A DNA stretch of 64,000 bases from Caecitellus pseudoparvulus (Eukaryota; Protista; Bigyra: Bicosoecida), in NCBI GenBank assembly GCA_965644315.1, contig CBFFRQ010000042.1, positions 62,001 through 126,000 on the forward strand. Reading direction: 5' to 3'. The position numbers and the translations under genes are program-made. Every line of letters begins with the position of its first letter. Position 1 is the first letter of the stretch. The notes under the pieces are model-generated. The model worked only from the letters and a program-made list of their open reading frames with translations. It had not been told where the DNA came from and did no database searches. Positions 1 through 11,365 of the stretch are shown here, piece after piece.

Positions 1-1931
1 TTGCGGACGTTGCTGGAGCGCCCCATGAACCAGACTGACTTCCTGAATCTCCCCGAATCCTTCCGTCCCAACTGGGTGGTGAACCCCCGTGTCGAGCGTG
101 GGGAGTTCCTCACCATGTTTTTCAAGCAGATCTGGCCTTGTGCGTGGGCGCCGAGCACAGCCCTGCTGCGTCGCTTGACCAAGACCGCCCCTCCCCCCCC
201 CTGCGCACTCTCGCAGATCTCAAGGCCGAGTACGAGCCATGTGAGTCTTGGCTGCTGTCCTTCGCGCGTGCTGCCCCTGCACACCTTCACACGCCCCCCC
301 CCGCCACAGACCTGAAGAGCGTCATCAACTCCTCCCTCGCCTCTGTGCGCCCTGCGGCACTGTCCCGCCTGGAGGTTGCAGTGTTCTCCCTGGGCAAGTT
401 CGCACCTGTCGTGCAGGGCATCACGTACCACTGCCCGCGTGAAGGCTCCTTCTGGCTGGACCTGGACGTGCGCCTGGGGGGTGACGTGGACCTGGAGCTG
501 GCCGTCGGCGCCCAAGCCGTCAGCGCGGCCGTCATGCTGGAAGACCTCACCATCACCGGCACCTTGCGCCTGCAGATGGAGCCCATGGTGGCGCTTACGC
601 CCTGGTTCAAGAACTTGCGCCTGAGCTTCGTGCGGCCGCCAGAGGTGGACTTCGACCTCGCCACGTTCTCCCGCATGCTCAACGTCATGGCAGTGCCGGG
701 TCTGCAGACCCTCGTGCTCAACGCCGTGCGCCTGGACGCCCTCGCCTTCATGTGCTACCCCAACGCCATCGACCTGGAAATCATCGGCGACAAGGCGCTG
801 ATGGAAAAGGGGCTGCCGGTGCCTGGTGGTCCCTCGACCCCCGCCACCCAGCCCGCCCTAGGCTCCCAGCTGGCAGGCGTGCTCACCATCACCTTCAACC
901 GAGTGGACTTGGACTTGGAAGCAGCTGCCCGGCGTGCGTCCACGGGCGCCGACGCCGGTGCGCGTGGGGCCGCCTCGGACCTGCCCTTGGACCCTGCCGC
1001 CTGGCGGGATCTGTCCCTGCAGGTGACTGTGGGCAGCACCACGAAGGAGGGCGTGCTGGTGACGCCCAACACTGCGCTGCGAGTGCCTACCAACAGCCCC
1101 TACCGCTTCGTGCTGCCGCACGCCCTGCTGGGGGACTACGTCACCATCACCCTCCTGCGCAAGCAGCACCGGGCCCTGCGCGCCAGCATCTGGCAGCCAG
1201 TGGGTGACGTCCGCCTCCCCGTCGCGGCGGTGCTGACGCCGGATGGCCAGCCCTCCCAGAACGCGGGTGCTGTCTCCTGCACCACGACACAGGCGCTGCC
1301 CCTGGCTGCCTGCCCAGACTGCACCCTGCGCTTTACTGTGGCATACCTGCCCTTCGTGGCGGCGGGGGAGGCCGGCTCAGCCCCCTCCACACCCCCCGCC
1401 TCCTCCACCATGCCGCCAGCCGTGCCTTCGTCCGGGGGCGCCGCGGCATCAGGCCACTCTCCCGCCCCACGCACGCTCCGGGAGCGCCAGCGACTGAAGG
1501 GCGGGCCCCAAGAAGTCTCCTCCGTGCGACCTGCACGCACAGGCGGCCCTGCGCAGCGGGGCGTCCTCGTGGTGCGTGTGGAGAGCGCCGCGAACCTGAG
1601 GCGGGCGGATGTCGTCGGGTGGGCGGACCCGTACGTCATCTTGCGCGTGGGGGCTGACGAGCAGCGCACGCGTGTGGTGCCGTCCAGCAAGGCGCCTACG
1701 TGGAACGAGGAGTTCGAGTTCCTCGTGGAGGACTCCTCTGTTGCCCAGGTGCTCCTGGATGTCATGGACTACGACAAGGCCAGCACGGACGACCCCCTCG
1801 GAAACCTCGCCATCCCCGTCGCAGACATCACAAGCAGCCAGTCATGTACCCTGCGTGGGGAATGGCCTCTGGAGAACACGCCGTCGGGGTACATCACCCT
1901 TGCCTTTGGCTGGAGGGCGCTGGGGCAGTGA
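1..1931 (+). CDS. Extended synaptotagmin/tricalbin-like lipid-transfer protein (SMP + C2 domains), 5'-partial
   Basis: SMP-entry motif 'RPNWVVNPRVERGEF..FFKQIWP'. Introns 140-216 and 241-309 (GT..AG) flank a 24-nt exon and restore IWP-YLKAEYEP-YLKSVIN. SMP core 'FSLGKFAP', 'GTLRLQM', 'SFVRPPEVDF'. C-terminal C2 domain 'ADPYV..RTRVV..PTWNEEFEF..VMDYD..DDPLG'. Confidence 0.85.
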
Positions 1932-1974
1932 GGCTGCAGGCAGCGCCTCAAACTCACATTCGAAGGGAATGCAT

Positions 1975-3724
1975 TCACATGCCGAGCTTCTGCCGCAGCT
2001 TCTGCCGCTCCACAGTGCCCCACCGGTCCTCGTCCGGCGTGTGCTGCATGTCCAGCGCTTTGGCCAGCCACTTGCGGGCTTCTTGCTTGTTCCCCAGCGC
2101 GTCCTGCGTCTGCGCGATCTTCAGCCGGTTCACCATCCAGAACCCAGGCGACTGCGCCTCTGCCTTCATAAAGTGCTCTAGGGCCTCCTCGTACGTAGCC
2201 TCGGGCGGCGCGGAGCCGAAGATTGCTCGGGCTGCCTGGCGCTCGAACCAGCCCACGCCAGCCACAGTGTACGCCCAAGCGCCCAGGATGTACCGGGCCT
2301 GCACGTCAGCTGGGTCCAGCTCCACGGCGCGGCGCCCGTGGTCCCGGATGACAAAGGCGTTGCGGATGCGCTCCTGGGTCGTGGGGGACACCTGCGCCAG
2401 CACCACCGCCGCCCACTTGTGCGCGTCGGCGCTGCCTTCCACCAGCTCCAGCGAGCGCTGCAGCGCCTGCCAGCCCTCCTGCAGCACTGCCAGGCGCTTA
2501 TCCCTGTCGGCGGCGCCCTCCTTGTCCGGCCCGCCAGCTGCCATGGCCATGCGCCAAGAGGTCGCATTGGCCCACCGCCCCAGGCGCCACAGCACGGCCG
2601 CTTCGCCTTCAGCGTCGCCTGCGGCGGTCGCGGCGCTCAGCGCCTCCTGCAGTGCTGTGCGCTCCTGGGGCAGCTGGAAGGTCGCATGGAGCTCATCGGC
2701 ACGTGCAAAGGCAGAGGTGCTGCCCTCAGCCGCGGCAGCAGCCCCGCCCTCGGTCTCTGCAGCGGCGCCACCCTCTGATTCGGTGGCGGCAGCACCGCCA
2801 TCCCCACCAGCGCCTGCTGCGGCAGCCGCGGCGGCTTCCACGCTGGGGTCTGCACCGTCCACCTCCTCGCCAGGCTGGTAGCCAGGCTCCCCAGCCTGGA
2901 TGGGTGGCGGCGCACCTGCTGGGTTACCGCTGGGCACGGACTTGTCCGGCACGGGGCGAAGGGGCGGCGAGGCTGGCACCTTGCTGGGCTGCAGTGGCAC
3001 GGGGGCGGCCAACGGGTCGTGGCTTGAGCTCTGCACTGACATGATGGCCATCATGATGGCGACAATGGACGCTGCACTGGTGGTGGCGGGGGACAGCAGC
3101 GACGCCACTGCTCCGGCGTCTTCCGGTGTGCCTGGCCCGGCGAACTGCTGCAGCACCACAGCCAGCAGCACCAGCACCGCCAGCATGACTGAGAAGAGAG
3201 TCAGCGTCTCAGAGTCGATGGAACCCGTGCCTGCACCAGTTGCCGCAGGCAGGGCAGCGGCGGCGCCTCCCCCTTGCCCCTGCGCACCTGCGCCAGGGCC
3301 AGCTGCTGCACTTGGCGTGGTTGCCTGCGGTGTGGGGGGAACCCGCTCCTCAACTTGCGGACGCCGATCCCGATTCACCTGGACAGAGAGCACAGGGATT
3401 CATGTGAAATAACGGAGCGTGTAGCAGGCGAAGCACTTCCAAATCCCAGATCCAACTGGGCAATGAAGCAGCGAGCGAGCCTTCAATTGCCGCAACACGC
3501 ACAGGTGCTCGGGCGATGACGGCCTCCTCTGCGCCTCGCCGACCTTCGGGACCCTCCAGCTGCATCTGCATCTCTCGTTGCTCCGCAGCGATGGTCTGCT
3601 CTCGATTCGCAGTCACATAGTACAGGGCTGCGCCGCCAGTAATGACAGCAGCCGTGCCCACGCCCCACCACACGGCATTTTCACGGCGCGTTGCTCGCTC
3701 CCACAGACCTCGAAGCCAATCCAT
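1975..3724 (-). CDS. RMD1/FAM82 (regulator of microtubule dynamics)-like TPR protein with N-terminal membrane segments
   Basis: C-terminal 'AHKWAAV..IRNAFVIRDH..ARYILGAWAYTVA..WFERQAA..PPEATYEEALEHF.KAE..PGF' is typical of RMDN. Likely ATG 3724 (MDWLRG) joined by a phase-0 intron 3379-3502 (GTGCGT..CCAG). Confidence 0.8.
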
Positions 3725-3827
3725 GGTGACCACCTGCACCTCGCAAGCTCCTTCCCGATGTCTGGGTGGCCCTTGGGAGCTTGGGGCTGTGTCCAGTGCA
3801 TGAAGGAATTGTAATTTTGGATCATGC

Positions 3828-5321
3828 ATGCACAGTTTCGACGGAGAGCTCAAAATTCCGCCCTCTCTGAAACAGCTGCAAGCCCAGGAGCGCAGCTTTG
3901 TCACCGAGCACGTGATGGCTGCGGAGAGCTTGCTGCCGTGCAGCGAGGGGCCGGAGCGCTCGACCTCTCACGGCGCGGCCCTGCTGGCTTGGGCCACAGA
4001 AGTTAACGCGGACACTGCCCTCCCTTGTTCGGTGCAAGTTGAGCAGGACACGGCAGGAGGGTGGGAGTTGCTGCTTTCTGCAGATGCATCCCGGCTGGAA
4101 CCCGTGCTCAGCATTCCCTTTGAGCGCCTGTTCACACCCGCCGCCGCATGGAGAAGCCTGCAAGCAGCAGGCTTCACGCGCACACCTGACCAGGAAAGCC
4201 ACCTACTTATTGCCGGTCTTGCTGTGGAACGCAGATTAGGCGCAGCAAGTGTTTGGCATCCCTACATATCGGCGCTTCCATCTGGATTGCCAGGATTGGC
4301 GTGGTGCGTGAACTTCGTTTCGTGCGGAAATCGCTTGCACCCTCCGCATTGTTCCCGCCACTACACGTGCAGGCACATGAAAAGACCAGAGTCGGACCAT
4401 CTGACCGCTCCAAGTTCGCTGCTTTCACATGGATCCGCTGTCATTTTGCGCCAGATCAAATACCTTCACACTGAGCTGACGACACCCGGCAACGGGCCTG
4501 CGCTTGAGCTGGATGACCTCATTTGGGCCGCTGCCATGCACCACTCTCGAGCCATGAGAGTTCCTGTACCATCAAGCATGTCTTGTTCCCCTATCTACCC
4601 CTCTGCGGGCTTTGTGGAGGCCATGGTGCCGCTTGGGGACATGGCCAACCATGACCCCGCTTCCATGGCCGAGTGGCGCTTGGGACATCACCTGGCACAC
4701 GCCCCGAAACGCAGGCGGAAGCTGCTCCTCGACGCGTCAGACTCTGAGGCGCCCTCACACACCTCGGCGCCGAAGTGCACTGCGCTCCTGCAGATGATGC
4801 CTGGCGCCAACCTCCCAGCGGGGCAGCCAGTGCGCATCCCGTACGGCGCCAAGGACAACACTGAGCTGCTGCTGCGGTATGGCTTCGTTTTGGGGCCAGA
4901 GAAGTCGGCCCTGCACTTGCAAGTGAGCCCAGGAGCTACTGCCCCCAGCATTTCTCTCCGCTCGTCTCGACCTGTGCGTGGGCCTGAGACGCGTGATGGG
5001 GACTGCGCCTTCACACTCACGGCTGGCGGTGCGGGTGTGGCGCACGGGGTTCAGATTGTGGCTGCTTGCTTAAGTTCCAGCCCAAGTCAGGAAACCGATG
5101 GTCCTGTGCCTCCTACCAAACACGCAGCCTCAGCGCTGGCAGAGGCGTTGGAACCCATGTCCAGCGCGACGGCGTGGATGCCCAAGGCTGGCGTACCGAA
5201 ACGGTTCCAGCCCTTGCTTGAAGCATGGGCCGCCGGGCAAGCTGCTGTAGCCTCAGATGCACTGGCCGAACTCCGGTGCGCGCGCGACGCCGTCATTGCC
5301 CCCGCTCTGTCGCAGCGATGA
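3828..5321 (+). CDS. SET-domain protein-lysine methyltransferase (Rubisco-LSMT/SETD3-like)
   Basis: 'SVWHPYISALP', 'WAAAMHHSRA', 'MVPLGDMANHD', 'IPYGAKDNTELLLRYGF'. Probable in-frame intron near 4303-4372. Confidence 0.8.
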   Translation: MHSFDGELKIPPSLKQLQAQERSFVTEHVMAAESLLPCSEGPERSTSHGAALLAWATEVNADTALPCSVQVEQDTAGGWELLLSADASRLEPVLSIPFERLFTPAAAWRSLQAAGFTRTPDQESHLLIAGLAVERRLGAASVWHPYISALPSGLPGLAWCVNFVSCGNRLHPPHCSRHYTCRHMKRPESDHLTAPSSLLSHGSAVILRQIKYLHTELTTPGNGPALELDDLIWAAAMHHSRAMRVPVPSSMSCSPIYPSAGFVEAMVPLGDMANHDPASMAEWRLGHHLAHAPKRRRKLLLDASDSEAPSHTSAPKCTALLQMMPGANLPAGQPVRIPYGAKDNTELLLRYGFVLGPEKSALHLQVSPGATAPSISLRSSRPVRGPETRDGDCAFTLTAGGAGVAHGVQIVAACLSSSPSQETDGPVPPTKHAASALAEALEPMSSATAWMPKAGVPKRFQPLLEAWAAGQAAVASDALAELRCARDAVIAPALSQR

Positions 5322-7292
5322 TGGGATCCCACAGCGCCCACAGAGCGGGCAGCTCCGCTGTCGGGTGCACGAACCAACTGCCGTCTCCAGCTAGCGCAGC
5401 TGCGAGCAAGTTGGCGTACGCTTGGATGCTCCCCAGTGCGCCCGCCCCCCCGGCCAGGGCATCCTGGGCGTGAGTGTCCAGGTAGGATTGAAAGCACTGT
5501 ATGCCCGAGCAGGCAGGCAATGCTCGGCGGTGTCCGCTCGTGCCGACGGGGCGTAGGACCCACGTGTGATCGCCATCAAGGCCTGCGTCCGATGCATAGC
5601 ACTCTTTGCCCAGCATGTGCCCCTTATGCGGGTCCTGGGGCAGTGCCTGGCATGTCCTGGCCGCGTTGTCGCAGGCAGCCACAATGGCCCACCCCCCTGG
5701 CAAGGCCTGCAGCCCAGGAATGGGGCCTTGCAGTGCAAGGGCTGGCCCATGCATGGTAGAGCCATTTGCAAGGCGAAGAGCCCCATTCAGTACCAGGGAC
5801 ACACTGCCGCCGCTTTGCAGGTGCGCGGTGGTGGAGCTCAGGCGCCGCCCAAGCGCCTTGCCTGCAGTGAAAGCTGCGCTGAAGGTGGACTGTCCTCGCG
5901 GCATGGACAACACCACCCGTGCTGCCGTGGGAGTGAAACGCCTGGGGCTCTCGCCTTGCTGCTCTCGAACATGGGCTGGGTAGTCCCGGTACTGCCCGCT
6001 GAGCACCGACACTGCGGGATGTTGGGTGTCCCACTCAACGCACGCGAGCTCCGCGTCAGCCACTTCAGAAGCCGATTCAATGGCCGCATGCAAAGTGGAA
6101 CAATTCAAACTCGCGTGGGCGTACCAGGATGCCTTGTCTGCAGAGTACGGGAGCCGGGCCGCTTGCACGGGAGCTGACGTGGGCGGCACCTCAGCGCAGC
6201 TGTCGCCCGGGAAGCCCAGCGCGCACGCCATTTCCTGCACAGCCGCACCACGCCCCATAGAGGCGGCCAAATACGCGCCATGCTCCTCCCACTCAGCCAC
6301 TCCACTCGCGCTGACTGTGCGGGTGGCAGTGGGAAGCGGAGCGGCCCACGCCAGAGCCATCTCAGTGGCGTGGTTCTGCATAACGTCCCGCACGACGCCG
6401 ACGCCTTCGTAGAACCACGTCCGGCCTTGGACATCCTGCTGCTCCAACATACTGACGCTCACGCCCCGCACCTCGCCGTCCCAACCTGCGAGCAGACCCG
6501 CCCCTGCACAGCGTCGAAAGTGGGGCACGGCTTGCAGGGGGGCTTTGCCTAAGTAGTGGTCCACGAGCAGAAGTTGATGTGGGGGCACGACGCTCAGCAA
6601 TCGCTCCATCAGGTCCGCAGCGGAGCTTGCATCTTGTCCAAAGGGCTTCTCAAGCAGAAACACATGCGCGACAGGCCCTGTGCACGCTGCCTGCAGAGCG
6701 TGAACTGTCCCAGCGTACGCCTTTGGCGGGATCGCAAGGAAGAACACTCGTGCAAGCAGGTGCTTCTGTGCAGCACTTGCCTCCAGCCGGCTGCACAGCT
6801 CAGCGAATCCCTCCGCTGGCTTGACGTTCGTGTATGTCACCGTGGAAGCTGCCTTCCCAAGCGAATCAGTGCACGAAGCATCCCCTTCGACAAGAAGCCC
6901 GCAGGGCACTGACTGCAGGCGCTCGCGCAGCAGCTGATGCTCTTTATCCTCCGCCCCACGTGCCGCCTGTGGTTGTGGGGTGCAAGGTGCTCAGTCGTTG
7001 CCTTTGCAACTCAGGCAAGGCAAAGCCAGCCCACGCACGCCATGGATCTGGAGCTCGACGCCGTGCTCGACAGCACTGTGTAGTCGCGCAAGAGCTTTCA
7101 AAAGGTACCTCTGAGACAAATCTCCACTAACACCGATCACTGCTACCTGCAAAGCGAGAGCGGGCGGAGGTGCAAAGGCGGCAGATTGTCGCAGGGAGGC
7201 ACCAGTTTCCGCACTTGTGCGAGCCCCACTGCCTTGCAAGCGCCAACTGCAAACATGCAGATTAAGACTGCAGCCGAGAGGCATCGCCTCAT
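5293..7292 (-). CDS. Hexose-6-phosphate dehydrogenase (H6PD)-type glucose-6-phosphate dehydrogenase domain with signal peptide, no lactonase domain
   Basis: Spliced model MRRCLSAAVLICMFAVGACKAVGLAQ|VAVIGVSGDLSQRYL..IHG|AARG.. with G6PD motifs 'FFLAIPP', 'LEKPFG.D..SA', 'DHYLGK', 'GRTWFYEGVGVVRDVMQNHATE'. Ends at 'LWALWDPII'. Confidence 0.75.
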
Positions 7293-7661
7293 GTTCAATA
7301 CAGACAGCTTCCTTGATGTCACAGCCAAGGCGGCAGGTGAACAACCAGCCGCCACTGAGCGCACGACCTGGCTGCCGGTATGTGTGGTGTGCCGACCTTG
7401 CGATGGGACCCAGGGTCAGCCAAGCTCCGAAAAGGCATACATGGTGAGTCACATGCGTGTGTTCCTCTTTTGTGGGCTTTGGGCGACTTCACCCTCTATC
7501 TCCTACACTGTACGGAGGGAGGGCGGCCGTCAACCGCACGGAATCGCTGACATGGCGACGAAACACAGACGCAGCACATTCTTACAAAACCGAAAACCAA
7601 GAAATACGCAGCGGATTTGCCAGATGAATTACCTTCTACAAGTTAATACAATCTTGCAATC

Positions 7662-9542
7662 ATGGCAGTTCGCGTGGCTGCCACAGCAGACGTGCCTAAA
7701 GGTGAGCTTGAAACACAGAGCACAAGTTCCGCGCCAACACTGCACGGCCGCTGCCTGCATGAATGCCGACTAGCACCTCCGATTCGCCCCCCTCGCAGGC
7801 ACGATGAAGGAAGTGCAAGTCGAGCCCGGCAATGACGCCAGCACCGTCCTCCTCGTCCACACCGCCCAAGGTGCGCCCCCCCACACCTCAACCGCGCACC
7901 AACACGCCAACACACCCAACCCTGTCCGCCCTGCCCAGACAAGTGGTTCGCCACTAGCGCCAAGTGCACACACTACGGCGCGCCTCTGGCCAAGGGCACG
8001 CTCGTGGGGGACCGTGTGGTGTGCCCCTGGCATGGAGCCTGCTTCTCCTGCGCCAGTGGTGACATCGAGGATGCGCCAGCTCTGGACGGACTGCACACGT
8101 ACGAGGTGCGTGTGGAGGGCGGGGATGTGCTGGTTGAGAACAGCGGCGGGTGGCCCAGCACCCACCGTCGGGAGGTGGGCCTGGCGGTGCGGGACCCTGC
8201 CAACACGAAGCGGGCGGTGATCGTGGGGGGTGGGGCGGCTGGGGCTGTGGCAGCCCAGAGCCTGCGCGAGGGCGGCTTCACGGGTGAGGTGGTGCTGATG
8301 ACAGCGGAGGAGCACCTGCCGTACGACCGCGTGAAGCTGAGCAAGGGCGTGGGTGTGGATGTGGAGTCAGTGCTGCTGCGTGACGCGGCGTGGTACGATG
8401 CAGCGGGTGTGGATGTGCGTCGGGGTGTGCGTGTGGCCTCTGTGGACGTGGGGAGTCGCACGTTGGTGATGGAGGGCGGTAGCACTGAGCAGTACGACGC
8501 GTTGCTGTTGGCGACGGGCAGTGAGGCGCGTCGTTTGCCGATCGAGGGGGGTGATTTGGAGGGTGTGCACACGCTGCGGGGAGTGGAGGACGCGGGTGCG
8601 GTGGCTGGGAGCGTAGGGGAGGGGAGCGACAAGGACGTCGTCTGTGTTGGTGGGAGTTTCATTTCAGTGGAGTACGCGGCGGCTCTGGCGGCGAAGGGCA
8701 CTGCCAAGAGTATTACCATCGCATCCACATCCCTCCCTTTTGAGCGCGTGTTGGGGAAGGAGGTGGGTGGGCTGGTCCGTGGAAAGCTGGAAGAAAAGGG
8801 TGTGGGCTTTGCAGACTCATCGCGAGTCGCTAGCTTCTCTGCTGGGTCTGATGGCCGCGTCTCCCAGGTGCACTTGAAGGACGGCACGGCGCTGCCTGCA
8901 GACGTGGTGGTGCTGGGCGTGGGCGCCAAGCCGGTGCTTCCAGTGTTGGGCGGGGCAGGGGCTCCTGACTGCTCCGCGGGACTTGAAGTGTCCTCCACTA
9001 TGGCAGTGCACGCAGCCACAGGTGGGGAGCTTCCAGGAGTGTGGGCAGCTGGGGATGTTGCCAAGGTGCCGCTTGCTCTGGCCGGTGGCGAGGCGCATCG
9101 CATCGAACACTGGGACGTGGCGCAGCAGCAAGGGCGTGTAGCAGGCAAGAACATGGCTGCCTTTCTCATGCAGGGCACCCCAGCCAGTGCTGCGGCTGCA
9201 GGGGGGGGCTCAGGGTCTGCTCCAGAGGAGTACACATCGGCGCCTTTCTTCTGGACGGCCTTGGCTGGCATCGGGAACATCCGATACACTGGCGCTGCAG
9301 TGCATGGATTTGACGATGTCATCTTTGACGGAGGCCATCCCCCCGTCACAGCAAGCCCAAACTTTGTCGCATACTACGTAAAAGACGGTGCAGTTGTCGC
9401 AGCAGCAACGCTTGGGCGTGACCCTGTGAGCACCGCCATCCGCGCGCTGTTGACGGCTGGCAAGATGCCTTCGGCAGAACAGCTCAAGGCGGGCAGTGTA
9501 TCTGCTTCGGACCTGCATGCCCTGGCTGCTGCCTTGCCTTGA
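7662..9542 (+). CDS. Rieske [2Fe-2S] + FAD-dependent pyridine nucleotide reductase (AIFM3/AIFL-like), copy 1, no presequence
   Basis: Exons MAVRVAATADVPK|GTMKEV..TAQ|DKWFATSAKCTHYGAPL..CPWHGACF (Rieske CxH..CxxH). FAD motifs GGGAAG, PYDR, ATG, GD. 'RIEHW', 'PFFW'. Confidence 0.9.
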
Positions 9543-11365
9543 CGTGCTCGCTCTGCGAGATGCGTGGCAAGTCGGGGGCAACAATGCAGTGTGTGCATTT
9601 CATGGCCGCCTCACGGCAGAGCCGCCACCATGGCAGAGAAATCAGCCGAAGTCACGGCGCCACTCTTCAGCTGAGAGGCACATGGCATGGTGCCAGCCGC
9701 AAGAAGGGCCCGAACATCTGTGCTGACTGGGTCACGGCCCAACGTTGCCACCGCCACGACTGCGTCCCCCTTTGCGTAGTAAGCTACAAACTCCGGCGAT
9801 GCTGCCGAGGGTGCCTTGCCACCCTCGAAAATCACTTCGTCATACCCATCCAGGACAGCCCCTGCATAGCGAATGTTTCCTATGCCCGCCAGAGCAGTCC
9901 AGAAGAACGGCACACTGTCGGGCGCCCGTTGCAATTCAGCACCCTCACCACTGCCGGCTGCAGCTGGCTGGGAAGCGAGGAACGTCGCCATGTTCTTGCC
10001 TGCTACACGCCCTTGCTGCTGCGCCACGTCCCAGTGCTCAATGCGGGTCAGGGAGGTGGAGCCTAGGTACCCCGGAACACACGCGACGTCGCCTGCCGCC
10101 CACACCCCAGGAACGCTCTCTGCAGAGCCTTCCTTGCACACTTCAAGTTGGGGGTTCGTCGCGACGCCGCCTCGCTCTTGTACGGCATGCACAGCTGCCC
10201 CGCCCAACACTGGCAGCACCGGCTTGGCGCCCACGCCCAGCACCACCACGTCTGCAGGCAGCGCCGTGCCGTCCTTCAAGTGCACCTGGGACACACGACC
10301 ATCAGACCCAGCACTCAGACTCGTCACAGCAGCTTCCATGTACATGTTAATGCCTTTGGACTGCACTAGGTCCAGGACCAGCCCACCCACCTCCTTCCCC
10401 AACACGCGCTCAAATGGAACGGTCTCAATGCCCAAGACAGACACACTCTTGGCAGTGCCCTTCGCCGCCAGAGCCGCAGCGTACTCCATGCCAATGAACG
10501 AAGAGCCAATGACGACGACGTCCTTGTCACCCCCCTCACCTACGCTCCCAGCCACCGCACCCGCATCCTCCACTCCCCGCAGCGTGTGCACACCCTCCAA
10601 ATCACCCCCCTCGATCGGCAAACGACGCGCCTCACTGCCCGTCGCCAACAGCAACGCGTCGTACCGCTCAGTGCTACCGCCCTCCATCACCAACGTGCGA
10701 CTCCCCACATCCACAGACGCCACACGCACACCCCGACGCACATCCACACCCGCTGCATCGTACCACGCCGCGTCACGCAGCAGCACCGACTCCACATCCA
10801 CACCCACACCCTTGCTCAGCTTCACGCGGTCGTACGGCAGGTGCTCCTCCGCTGTCACCAGCACCACCTCACCCGTGAAGCCGCCCTCACGCAGGCTCTG
10901 GGCTGCCACAGCCCCAGCCGCCCCACCCCCCACGATCACCGCCCGCTTCGTGTTGGCAGGGTCCCGCACCGCCAGGCCCACCTCCCGACGGTGGGTGCTG
11001 GGCCACCCGCCGCTGTTCTCAACCAGCACATCCCCCCCCTCCACACGCACCTCGTACGTGTGCAGCCCGTCCAGAGCTGGCGCATCCTCGATGTCACCAC
11101 TGGCGCAGGAGAAGCAGGCTCCATGCCAAGGGCACACCACACGGTCCCCCACGAGCGTACCCTTGGCCAGAGGCGCGCCGTAGTGCGTGCACTTGGCGCT
11201 GGTGGCGAACCACTTGTCTGGGCAGGGCGGGCAGGGTTGGGTGTGTTGGCGTGTTGGTGCGCGGTTGAGGTGTGGGGGGGCGCACCTTGGGCGGTGTGGA
11301 CGAGGAGGACGGTGCTGGCGTCATTGCCGGGTTCGACTTGCACTTCCTTCATTGTGCCTGCGAGG
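7792..11365. repeat. Inverted duplication: arms about 7792-8640 and about 10515-11365 are near-identical, inner halves are a mosaic
   Basis: Reverse complement of 10515-11365 matches 7792-8640 with scattered substitutions, including the second intron (one difference seen). Further short identical patches lie in the 3' halves. Confidence 0.9.
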
